Assembly (NCBI GenBank): GCA_031270145.1
Contig: JAISYD010000211.1
Span: 1,632-65,631 of the forward strand
Length of the DNA: 64,000 bases
Reading direction: 5' to 3'
Origin: Planctomycetota bacterium
Lineage (GTDB): Bacteria; Planctomycetota; SZUA-567
Positions 56,271 to 64,000 of this stretch are shown one piece after another. How positions within the stretch are numbered: the first letter of the stretch is position 1; the number at the start of each line of letters is the position of its first letter. A model generated the notes under the pieces. That model was not told where the DNA came from. It was given only the letters and a program-made list of their open reading frames with translations, and searched no databases. The position numbers were made by a program, and so were the translations under genes.

Positions 56271-57245
56271 ATGAAAATTGTCGTATTGGACGGTTACACC
56301 CTAAATCCCGGCGACATCGACTGGAACGGCTTCAAAAAACTGGGGGAATTGGTCTGCTATGACCGCACCACCACCAAAAAGGAGGAGACGGCCAAAATTA
56401 TCGACCGCATCGCCGACGCCGACGCGGTCATAACCAACAAGACGCCCATAACCCGGGAAATACTCGACTCCAAGCCAAAAGTGAAATATATCGGGGTCCT
56501 CGCCACCGGTTACAATGTCGTGGATGTCGACGCCGCCAGGGAAAAGGGGGTTGTCGTCACCAACATCCCCACCTACGGAACCACCGCCGTGGCCCAGTTC
56601 GTTTTCGCCCATTTGCTGGAATTCTGCCATCATGTGGCGCATCACGCCGAGACGGTCAAGAACGGCCGCTGGGCAAAATCCGAGGATTTTTGCTATTGGG
56701 ACTACCCCCTGATTGAACTGGCGGGCAAGACGATGGGGATAATCGGGTTTGGCCGCATCGGACAAACGGTGGCCGGGATCGCCGTCGCTTTCGGCATGAA
56801 GGTGCTTGCCTACGATGAATATGTGGATAAATCCCGGGAAACCGATTCGATTAAATACGCCTCTCTCGACGACGCCCTGGCCAAATCGGACGTAATCAGC
56901 CTGCATGTCCCGCTTTTTGATTCCACCCGGGGATTGATCAACAAGTCGACCATAGCCAGGATGAAGGACGGGGTCATCATCATCAACACCTCCCGCGGAC
57001 CCCTAGTGGTGGAGGAGGACATGGTCGAAGCCTTGGAAAGCGGCAAGGTGGCCGGTTTCGGCTCGGACGTGGTCGAGGTTGAACCCATCGCCCCCGACAA
57101 CAAATTGCCCCGAACCCGGAACTGCCATATCACTCCCCACATAGCCTGGGCTCCCAAGGAGGCGCGCATCCGGCTGATGAACATAGCGGTGGACAACCTG
57201 GCCGCCTTCGCCAAGGGCAGTCCCGTAAACGTGGTGAACAAGTAG
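56271..57245 (+). CDS. 2-hydroxyacid dehydrogenase (mirror copy)
   Basis: Twin of 23874..24848. ATG at 56271 follows AAGGGAG. Confidence 0.85.
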   Translation: MKIVVLDGYTLNPGDIDWNGFKKLGELVCYDRTTTKKEETAKIIDRIADADAVITNKTPITREILDSKPKVKYIGVLATGYNVVDVDAAREKGVVVTNIPTYGTTAVAQFVFAHLLEFCHHVAHHAETVKNGRWAKSEDFCYWDYPLIELAGKTMGIIGFGRIGQTVAGIAVAFGMKVLAYDEYVDKSRETDSIKYASLDDALAKSDVISLHVPLFDSTRGLINKSTIARMKDGVIIINTSRGPLVVEEDMVEALESGKVAGFGSDVVEVEPIAPDNKLPRTRNCHITPHIAWAPKEARIRLMNIAVDNLAAFAKGSPVNVVNK

Positions 57246-57294
57246 AGCCGGTTCCAGGCGGGCTTGTGAAACAATTGCCACCTTGCCGGGTGGT

Positions 57295-57345
57295 GGACTT
57301 TTAAAGAAATCGAACCAAACCCCCGCTTGATTTCCTTTAAAATCC
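57295..57345. repeat. Hairpin-family member (mirror copy)
   Basis: Twin of 23774..23824. Confidence 0.6.
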
Positions 57346-57386
57346 TCCGATGTTGAGTCCGGCGCCGCCAGTTTGGGAGGCGCGGC

Positions 57387-58481
57387 ATGAAATTTCTTGA
57401 GCGACTTGATTTTTCCCGCCTTCCCGCCCGGCTGCGCTGGGCCTTGCTGGCCGGACTGACCCTGATTTTTTCCTTTATACTGGTTTCGCTGCGGCTGCCG
57501 GCCGGCATCCTCATGGGGGCCATGGGGGCGGCAATCGTCATGGCCCTGGCGGAAGGCCAAATACAAACGCCGGGAATCGCCTTTTCCCTGGCCCAGGGAA
57601 TGGTCGGCTGCCTGGTGGCGGGCTCAATCTCCCCGGCGACCCTGGACACCATCGGGCGAAACTGGCCATTTTTCATCTCCATGGTGCTGTCGGTGTCGGC
57701 GATAAGCACCTTCCTGGGCTGGCTTCTGGCCAGGACCCGGATATTGCCGGGATCCACCGCCATCTGGGGCACTTCGCCCGGAGCGGCCCTGCTGATGACC
57801 TTGATGTCGGAAAATTTCGGCGCCGATTCCCGGCTGGTCGCCTTCATGCAATATTTGCGGGTACTGACGGTCACCCTGTTCGCCACCACCCTGCCGCTGG
57901 TTTGGGACATAGCCATAGCCGCCTCGCCCCCGGAACGGGCGGCGGAAATTTTCGATCCCGGCTCCATATTCCTGGCCTTGGGATTGGCGGTTGCGGGAAC
58001 ATTCCTGCGCGGTTTGTGCCATTTCCCGTCGGGACCGATGCTATTGCCGATACTAGTGCTTCCCTTTCTCGCCGCCGCCGGGCTGGGCCCCCTGCGCCTG
58101 CCTTGGCAACTTTACGCCGCGTCCTATTGCGTGGTGGGTTGGAACGTGGGCATGCGCTTCACCCGTTCCATCGTGTCCTATGCCCTGCACGCCTTTTCCC
58201 GCATTTTGGCCACCATCCTCGCCATGATAGCGGCTTGCGGAATCCTGGCCTGGATTTTCGTGGCCGCGGCGGGCATCGATCCCCTGACCGCCCTCTTGGC
58301 CTCCTGTCCCGGAGGCATGGATACCGTAGCCATCATCACCGCCTCGATCGGGGGAGACGTGCCCCTGGTCATGGCGGTTCAAACCGGCCGTTTCATTTTT
58401 GTGCTTCTAACCGGGCCGGCCGTTGCCGCCTTCATAAGCAAACGCCTGGAGGGAACCGCGCGCGGCGAAACAACCGCTTGA
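57387..58481 (+). CDS. AbrB-family membrane protein (mirror copy)
   Basis: Twin of 22638..23732. Confidence 0.6.
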   Translation: MKFLERLDFSRLPARLRWALLAGLTLIFSFILVSLRLPAGILMGAMGAAIVMALAEGQIQTPGIAFSLAQGMVGCLVAGSISPATLDTIGRNWPFFISMVLSVSAISTFLGWLLARTRILPGSTAIWGTSPGAALLMTLMSENFGADSRLVAFMQYLRVLTVTLFATTLPLVWDIAIAASPPERAAEIFDPGSIFLALGLAVAGTFLRGLCHFPSGPMLLPILVLPFLAAAGLGPLRLPWQLYAASYCVVGWNVGMRFTRSIVSYALHAFSRILATILAMIAACGILAWIFVAAAGIDPLTALLASCPGGMDTVAIITASIGGDVPLVMAVQTGRFIFVLLTGPAVAAFISKRLEGTARGETTA

Positions 58482-58484
58482 CCC

Positions 58485-60431
58485 TCAATTGGCCGCCGGG
58501 AATTCCTCCGCCGGCCTCCCCCGGCGGGGATTGGTGAAAACCGTCACCGGGAGAAGGGTATCGATCAGGGGATCCATCTCCGGGGGATCCTCTTCCCGGA
58601 AAACCTCCGCCAGGCCGGCGACAACGCCGGCCGTTATCCGGCGTACGGTTTTTTCCGCCTGCACCACATATTTCTGCTGAGCCCGATCCCGGCGCGAAAC
58701 TACGCAGCGGCCGTCGGAGACCCGGTAAACCTCGGTCGCCACATCGACCCCGGTCATTTCGGCGAACATGATTTGCGCCGCCAGGATGGCGGTGGAAATG
58801 ACCGCCGAATAAAGGCTGGGAACCGACTGGGAACGGCGGAATTCAACCACCTGCCCCCGGACAACGAAATCGGCTCCGGCAATCCGGCCCATGCGCACCG
58901 CCTCGTCCGGACTGAGCAATTGGTCATGGGTGGCCTGGCCGGTGGCGTCCCACAGCAACCGGAGGCCGGAAACCCCGGACAGTCCGGCTCCGAAAACCCC
59001 GGTCACCACCTCCCCTCCCCCGGTCGCGGCGATGAGATTGTTGGGATTGTCGCGATCATGGTAGGGAAGCAACAAAACCCCGACTTCCTTCCCCCCCAAT
59101 TCCTTCGACGCCCGGGCCGCCGTCCGCGGGTCCCCGCTTGCCAGCCATGGCTGTTCCGAAACAAGGGGAAGACTGACCACCGGACCATCGGCGTAAAGCG
59201 TTTCCGCGACCGAAGGATTTTCCGCCGCGATTTCCGCCGGCGAAATCTCCGGGGCGGAATCGAGACCCTCCGGATTCGCCTTCAAAGCCTCCGGCCCTCC
59301 CGGTTCCGGCGAATCAGGCGGTCCGATGGTTTCCGCCAGGGACTCCGATTCGCCGGCCGCCGTCTCGGCCGTCCGGCCGGAGCCGATCACCACCGGCCGA
59401 AAAGCCAGCGCTTCGGCCAATAGTTCTTCGCCTTCGGCAAATATGTCGGCCGCCAAATCGTCCCCGGTAAGCCGGAGAGCCAGTTCGTCAAGTTCCCCAA
59501 TATCGGCCGGCGACGGCGAATCGTCCGCCCCCGCCTCGAACCGTTCTTCCGCCTCCTCCTCCGCTCCGGACTCGCCGCCGCCGGTTTCGGCGACCGTCGC
59601 GGCATCCCCGGATTCCGGGATCGGGCCGCTTTCGGCCGCGATCCCCGGATCCGTAACTTCTTCCTCCCTTTCCGATTCCAGAAACGGCGGCGGCATCGGC
59701 AGGGGTGGGTCGGCTTCGCCCTCTCCGGGATAATCCTCTTTCGCCGGCTCATTCCGGTATCGCCCGGCTATAAGGGAAGCCAGGGCTTGGTCGGAAGAAA
59801 ATCCCAGGCGCGACAGGGAAGCCGCCGTCCGTTGAAAGAAGCCGTCGATTATCCTCGCCGCCACGGCCCGAGCCTGGCGCTCCCGGCCGCCGGCGGCGCC
59901 GGGCATGGCCGCCGCCTGGTAGTTGTCTCCCACAAACAGCAGCACCCCCCGGTCGGCGTCGATCACCCGGACAAACATTCCGGCCCGGGAAGGTATGCTG
60001 GCGGCCCTGGTGCCGGTAAAACTGAAAATCTGCCCGGCCACAACCAAATCCGCCCCCTGCCGGCGGCCGATTTCAGCGGCTTGGGCATTGGTGAGGGAAG
60101 CTTCCCGGCGCGGCAAGGGCGGCGCCAGTATTTCCACCGCCGGGCCGAATTTGCTGCTCCGCAGGGCGGAAGCGAAAATTTCCCGGGCGTGTTCGCCTAA
60201 ATCGTCCTTATGGGCGTCCCCGGGATCCACGAAGGTGCGGGTGTCCAGGAACGGCAGGATAAGGACCTTTTGGGAAGCCGGAGGGGGGCCGTCGCCGGTC
60301 CGGTAACTGAACAGCCGCTCGTCGCAGCCGCCAATCAGCGGAGCCAGCGCCAGGACGGCCAGACCGGCGGCAATCGAACCCGCCCGGCCGCGTCCGTAAC
60401 CAAACAGAATTTCCCCAAGCTTGCCCGCCAT
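58485..60431 (-). CDS. Acidic two-module lipoprotein (mirror copy)
   Basis: Twin of 20688..22634. Confidence 0.7.
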   Translation of the reverse strand: MAGKLGEILFGYGRGRAGSIAAGLAVLALAPLIGGCDERLFSYRTGDGPPPASQKVLILPFLDTRTFVDPGDAHKDDLGEHAREIFASALRSSKFGPAVEILAPPLPRREASLTNAQAAEIGRRQGADLVVAGQIFSFTGTRAASIPSRAGMFVRVIDADRGVLLFVGDNYQAAAMPGAAGGRERQARAVAARIIDGFFQRTAASLSRLGFSSDQALASLIAGRYRNEPAKEDYPGEGEADPPLPMPPPFLESEREEEVTDPGIAAESGPIPESGDAATVAETGGGESGAEEEAEERFEAGADDSPSPADIGELDELALRLTGDDLAADIFAEGEELLAEALAFRPVVIGSGRTAETAAGESESLAETIGPPDSPEPGGPEALKANPEGLDSAPEISPAEIAAENPSVAETLYADGPVVSLPLVSEQPWLASGDPRTAARASKELGGKEVGVLLLPYHDRDNPNNLIAATGGGEVVTGVFGAGLSGVSGLRLLWDATGQATHDQLLSPDEAVRMGRIAGADFVVRGQVVEFRRSQSVPSLYSAVISTAILAAQIMFAEMTGVDVATEVYRVSDGRCVVSRRDRAQQKYVVQAEKTVRRITAGVVAGLAEVFREEDPPEMDPLIDTLLPVTVFTNPRRGRPAEEFPAAN

Positions 60432-60469
60432 ATCCGCGCCTTTCCCAGCCCCGACCATTTCCGGAGGCT

Positions 60470-61171
60470 TCAAATCCCCCCCGCCCTCGCCACCGCCGCC
60501 AGCCGGCCGGCTTCCAGCCGGAAAATCCGATCGGCCCTGGCGGCCAGGGCCGATTCATGGGTGACGACAATCACGGCCATGCCGGCCTCCCCCACCATCC
60601 GCCACAGCCAGGCCGACACCTCCTCCCCGGTATCGGCGTCCAGATTGCCGGTCGGCTCGTCGCACAACAACAATCCGGGGCCGGGCAGAAGCGCCCGGGC
60701 GATGGCCGCCCGTTGCCTCTCGCCCCCGGACAACTGGGAAGGGCGGTGATCCCGACGCCCGGACAGTCCCAGGCGTTCCAACCAATCAAGGGCGCCCCGG
60801 CGGCTCCGCCCCCCCATGCCCAACCCGCTGAGCGCGGCGCCTAGCATGACGTTTTCCAGCACGGAAAAATCGGGAAGCAGATGGTAGTTTTGAAAAACAA
60901 AGCCGATTTCCCGTCCCCTAAGGGCGGTCCGCCGGGAATCCGGCAGCCGGGAGGCGGGAAGGCCGCGCAGACGTATTTCCCCGGTATCGGGCCGGTCAAG
61001 AAGCCCGCACAGGTTGAGGAGGGTGGTTTTCCCCGAGCCGCTGCGCCCGACAATGGCGATCACCTCGCCCTCCGCCACCGCCAGGTCGAGATCGCGCAGG
61101 ACCGGGAGCCTCTTCTCCCCGTCGCGGTAGGTTTTGGAAAGTTTTTCGGCTTCCAGGACGTTTCCCGCCAT
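60470..61171 (-). CDS. LolD/MacB-type ABC ATPase (mirror copy)
   Basis: Twin of 19948..20649. Confidence 0.85.
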   Translation of the reverse strand: MAGNVLEAEKLSKTYRDGEKRLPVLRDLDLAVAEGEVIAIVGRSGSGKTTLLNLCGLLDRPDTGEIRLRGLPASRLPDSRRTALRGREIGFVFQNYHLLPDFSVLENVMLGAALSGLGMGGRSRRGALDWLERLGLSGRRDHRPSQLSGGERQRAAIARALLPGPGLLLCDEPTGNLDADTGEEVSAWLWRMVGEAGMAVIVVTHESALAARADRIFRLEAGRLAAVARAGGI

Positions 61172-61172
61172 T

Positions 61173-62561
61173 TCAATCCTCGCGCAGGGCCGACATGGGC
61201 TCCCGGCAAGCGGCCCAGGCGGCCGGGTAGCCGGCCGCCAGCACGGAAACCAATACGGCGGCCCCGAAATACAGCGCCAGTTTCCAGGGGTGGATTACCA
61301 GCGGCAGGCCGGCCTCCCCGGCCAGGCCGAACAGGCGGGGGGGATACAGCGGCTGGCCGGTGATTCTTTCATAGTAGACGTCTATGCGGGGGCGCCTTCC
61401 GGCCGCCGTTTCCAGGCCGGAAAGAGGAGCCGTCACGGCCCCGCCGGCGGCCAGGCGCCTGTTTCCGCCGACATTTTCGCTTCTCAGCGGACCGGCGAGG
61501 AAAGTCCCCAGGATTCCCCCCAGCAGCCCCCCGGCGGCGCCGAGCAGCAATCCCACGCAAAGGAAAACCGTCATCACCCCCAGGCGGGTGGCTCCCAGGC
61601 AGCGGAGCAGGCCGACGTCCCGGAGACGCCGGCTGACCAGGGTGACCAAAATGGCGAAGACGCAAAAGCCGCCGGCCCCGTCGTTCAGAAACAACACCAA
61701 TTCCATCAGGTTGTTTTCATGTTTCATGCCCCGGGCGATTTCGCCCCAGCGCTTTTGCCAGGTATTCGAGACCAGGACCGGCCCTTCCGGCCCGGTTCCG
61801 GCCAGAGCCAGCCGCGCGGCCCGGACGATGTCCGATTCCAGTTCGTCGGCCAGGGCGGGATTTTCCAGCCAGGCGACCAAAATTTCCACCCGGGATTCCG
61901 CGTCCGGATAATCGGCGGCGTGGTAAAATTTTCCGGCTTCCCCGATGGGAATATAGACGCCGTAATTGTCCTTTTCAAAGCTGCCGCTCCGGAACAGGGA
62001 CACGATTTCAAAAGCGCGGGATCTGGCGGTCAAGCCGCCGTCCGGGTTCCGCTCGGCGTAAAAAAGCTCGATCTCGCTCCCCGGAGCCGCCTGAAGGCGC
62101 CGGGCCAGTTGTTCTCCCATGAACAGGCCGGGCCTGGGGCCAGTAGTCCCCCAAGCCGGATTCGCCCGGGATGGCTTATAGGAAATAAGGTGCCTGGCCA
62201 GGGAGCTGTGGGCCAATTCGGACGCCAAATCGATTCCCTGGACCCAGACGTATTCGGCGCCGCCGCCGGACTTCAGGAAGCCCGCCTTCTGAATCAGGGG
62301 GGTCACCGCCAGAACCCCGTCCAGGCTTTCCACGGCTCCGGCCGCCCTCGAGAAATCGGCCTTGTCCAGCAAGCCGCCTTCCGGCCTGACCGTCACCTGT
62401 TCGCCCAGATTCATGAGGCGCTGCTCCAAATCCGCCAGCATGCCGTCCAACACCGCCATGGCGACGATTTGCACCGCCAGGGCCAGGCCGATGGCCAGCA
62501 CGGCGATAAAATTTACCGGGCGGCGGACAGCGTACCGCCAAGCGAGGCGGAAATACGGCAT
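61173..62561 (-). CDS. LolC/E-MacB family permease (mirror copy)
   Basis: Twin of 18558..19946. Confidence 0.8.
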   Translation of the reverse strand: MPYFRLAWRYAVRRPVNFIAVLAIGLALAVQIVAMAVLDGMLADLEQRLMNLGEQVTVRPEGGLLDKADFSRAAGAVESLDGVLAVTPLIQKAGFLKSGGGAEYVWVQGIDLASELAHSSLARHLISYKPSRANPAWGTTGPRPGLFMGEQLARRLQAAPGSEIELFYAERNPDGGLTARSRAFEIVSLFRSGSFEKDNYGVYIPIGEAGKFYHAADYPDAESRVEILVAWLENPALADELESDIVRAARLALAGTGPEGPVLVSNTWQKRWGEIARGMKHENNLMELVLFLNDGAGGFCVFAILVTLVSRRLRDVGLLRCLGATRLGVMTVFLCVGLLLGAAGGLLGGILGTFLAGPLRSENVGGNRRLAAGGAVTAPLSGLETAAGRRPRIDVYYERITGQPLYPPRLFGLAGEAGLPLVIHPWKLALYFGAAVLVSVLAAGYPAAWAACREPMSALRED

Positions 62562-62927
62562 GGACTTATAGTTCCCTTCCCGACGGAATGGAGATGCTTG
62601 GGGAACATCCAAAAGACCGTATGAGGTTCCCTTATTATTTGTCGGCCAAAACGGCGTTCAAATTGCCATAATTAATCCCGGCGGCGAAGCCTGAAGGCGG
62701 GGCTTCGGCAAGGGCGGGACGACGCCGGGAAAAGGATCGCCGGGAAACTCCCGGCGGATTGAACCGCATCCGGGAAAAATCCGCCCTCGTTGCGGAGATC
62801 GGAAATAACGCGTTTCCAACCCTATCCTCATAATTTTCCAACAATCGGGGATATACTCCCGCTCGTGGTCCAAATACGATCCGGCGCCGATACGGGACCG
62901 GTGTTCCCCCAAGGGAGGTCAATCGCC

Positions 62928-64000
62928 ATGCCGCGCGAGTCATGGAAGGACAAGATATTGTTCACCCCCGGCCCCTTGACCACCAGTCCGGCGGTGAAGA
63001 CGGCCATGTTGCGCGATCTCGGCGCCCGGGACGCCGATTTCCTGAAAATCGTCCTCGACGTCAAAAAACGGCTTCTCGATCTGGCGGAGGTGGACGGGGA
63101 CAAATACACCGTTGTCCTGATGCAAGGCTGCGGCAGCATGGGCGTGGAGGCGGCCGTCGGTTGCGCCGTTCCCAAAAAGGGTGGCAAGCTTTTGGTCGCA
63201 ATCAACGGCGCCTACGGCAAACGCATCTCCGATATGGCCCGGGTCATGAACATGCCGGTGGAAACGCTGGACTATCCGGAAAACGCCCCCGTCAAGCCGG
63301 AGGACGTCGGGGAAAGGCTGAAAAACGACGACGGCATCACCCACGTGGCCATGGTCCATTGCGAAACGGCGTCCGGCATTTTCAACCCGGTCAAGGAGGT
63401 CGGCAAAATCGTCTCCAAGCGGAAGCGCGTCTTCATCGTCGACGCCATGTCCAGCTTCGGGGCGGCGGAGATAAAGATTGACAAGTGGGATATCCGCTGG
63501 CTCGTCTCCTCGGCCAACAAATGCGTCGAGGGCGTGCCCGGGTTCTCCTTCGTCATAGTCGAGAACAAGGCCCTGGCGGCCAGCGCCGGCAATGCCCGCA
63601 GCCTGTGCCTGGATTTGCACGCGCAAAACGAGGACATGCGGAGGAACGGGCAGTTCCGCTACACGCCCCCCGTCCACGCCGTCCTCGCCTTCCATCGGGC
63701 GCTTCTCGAACTGGAGGCGGAGGGAGGCGTGGAGGCCCGGATGAAGCGCTACCGCCGGAATTGCCGGACCCTGAGGGAGGGAATGGCCGAACTCGGCTTC
63801 GAGGAATATCTCGCCCCGGACGACCACGGCTGGATAATAACCTCCTTCCGGTATCCGCGAAATACCGCCTTCTCCTTTGACAATTTCTACAACCTCCTCA
63901 GGGACGACGGTTTCGTCATTTATCCGGGAAAGGTCGACAACGCCGATCTCTTCCGCGTCGGCAACGTCGGCCGCATCGCTCCGTCCGATGTCTCCTGCCT
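62928..64000 (+). CDS. phnW: 2-aminoethylphosphonate:pyruvate aminotransferase (mirror copy, 3' truncated by window end)
   Basis: ATG at 62928 follows GGGAGG. Reads MPRESWKDKILFTPGPL..., the twin of 17049..18191. It is absent from the ORF track because it has no stop inside the window. Confidence 0.9.
   Translation, partial: MPRESWKDKILFTPGPLTTSPAVKTAMLRDLGARDADFLKIVLDVKKRLLDLAEVDGDKYTVVLMQGCGSMGVEAAVGCAVPKKGGKLLVAINGAYGKRISDMARVMNMPVETLDYPENAPVKPEDVGERLKNDDGITHVAMVHCETASGIFNPVKEVGKIVSKRKRVFIVDAMSSFGAAEIKIDKWDIRWLVSSANKCVEGVPGFSFVIVENKALAASAGNARSLCLDLHAQNEDMRRNGQFRYTPPVHAVLAFHRALLELEAEGGVEARMKRYRRNCRTLREGMAELGFEEYLAPDDHGWIITSFRYPRNTAFSFDNFYNLLRDDGFVIYPGKVDNADLFRVGNVGRIAPSDVSC

Larger units (their letters stand above)
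40560..64000. repeat. Right arm of the perfect palindrome (truncated by window end)
   Basis: Exact reverse complement of 17119..40559, judged from identical mirrored ORF translations in many frames and from direct reading of the centre. Confidence 0.97.

Noticed and set aside
17119-64000. The giant inverted repeat read as the terminal repeats of a composite transposon, an invertible segment or a prophage end.
   Set aside because: There is no spacer or cargo between the arms, and no transposase, integrase or invertase anywhere in the window. The arms contain ordinary housekeeping and metabolic genes.

Overview
GC-rich bacterial contig with AT-richer intergenic regions, from a flagellated diderm of a lineage I cannot assign. 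No rRNA, tRNA, CRISPR, transposase or integrase is visible. The dominant signal is structural. Positions 40560..64000 are the exact reverse complement of 17119..40559, so coordinates obey x + x' = 81119. This is a zero-spacer, apparently error-free palindrome with arms of at least 23.4 kb, and the right arm is cut by the window end. The axis lies between 40559 and 40560, in AAG|CTT. It coincides with the symmetry axis of a 13+16+13 nt hairpin belonging to a short intergenic repeat family (arm TTTAAAGGAAATC) that occurs at four or more other loci. I rank a fold-back chimera or assembly artefact as most likely. Read-around of a hairpin telomere comes second, and a genuine in vivo inverted duplication third. 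Unique gene content, left to right: (1) flagellar export-gate operon fliP(partial)-fliQ-fliR-flhB-flhA, then flhF, a small membrane protein, and fliA, with no flhG between them; (2) an enterobacterial-like gltIJKL glutamate/aspartate ABC importer; (3) two small hypothetical genes; (4) a 2-aminoethylphosphonate locus (phnW-phnX plus a three-component ABC importer); (5) a LolCDE-like permease and ATPase with a large acidic lipoprotein; (6) an AbrB-type membrane protein; (7) a 2-hydroxyacid dehydrogenase and a split transketolase; (8) a Na/Pi cotransporter-PhoU fusion with an N-terminal Ig-like extension; (9) a 52-aa Cys-rich mini-ORF below the ORF-track cutoff; (10) rplS, a HEAT-repeat protein, an LPG-synthase-TM-like protein and rluD; (11) a hypothetical, cinA, a DUF2225-like protein and an M15 peptidase; (12) a GT4 glycosyltransferase facing the axis. 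Two 130-175 bp nested-hairpin inverted-repeat elements bracket the flhF-fliA block. Most long alternate-frame and antisense ORFs in the track are GC-rich shadow ORFs.
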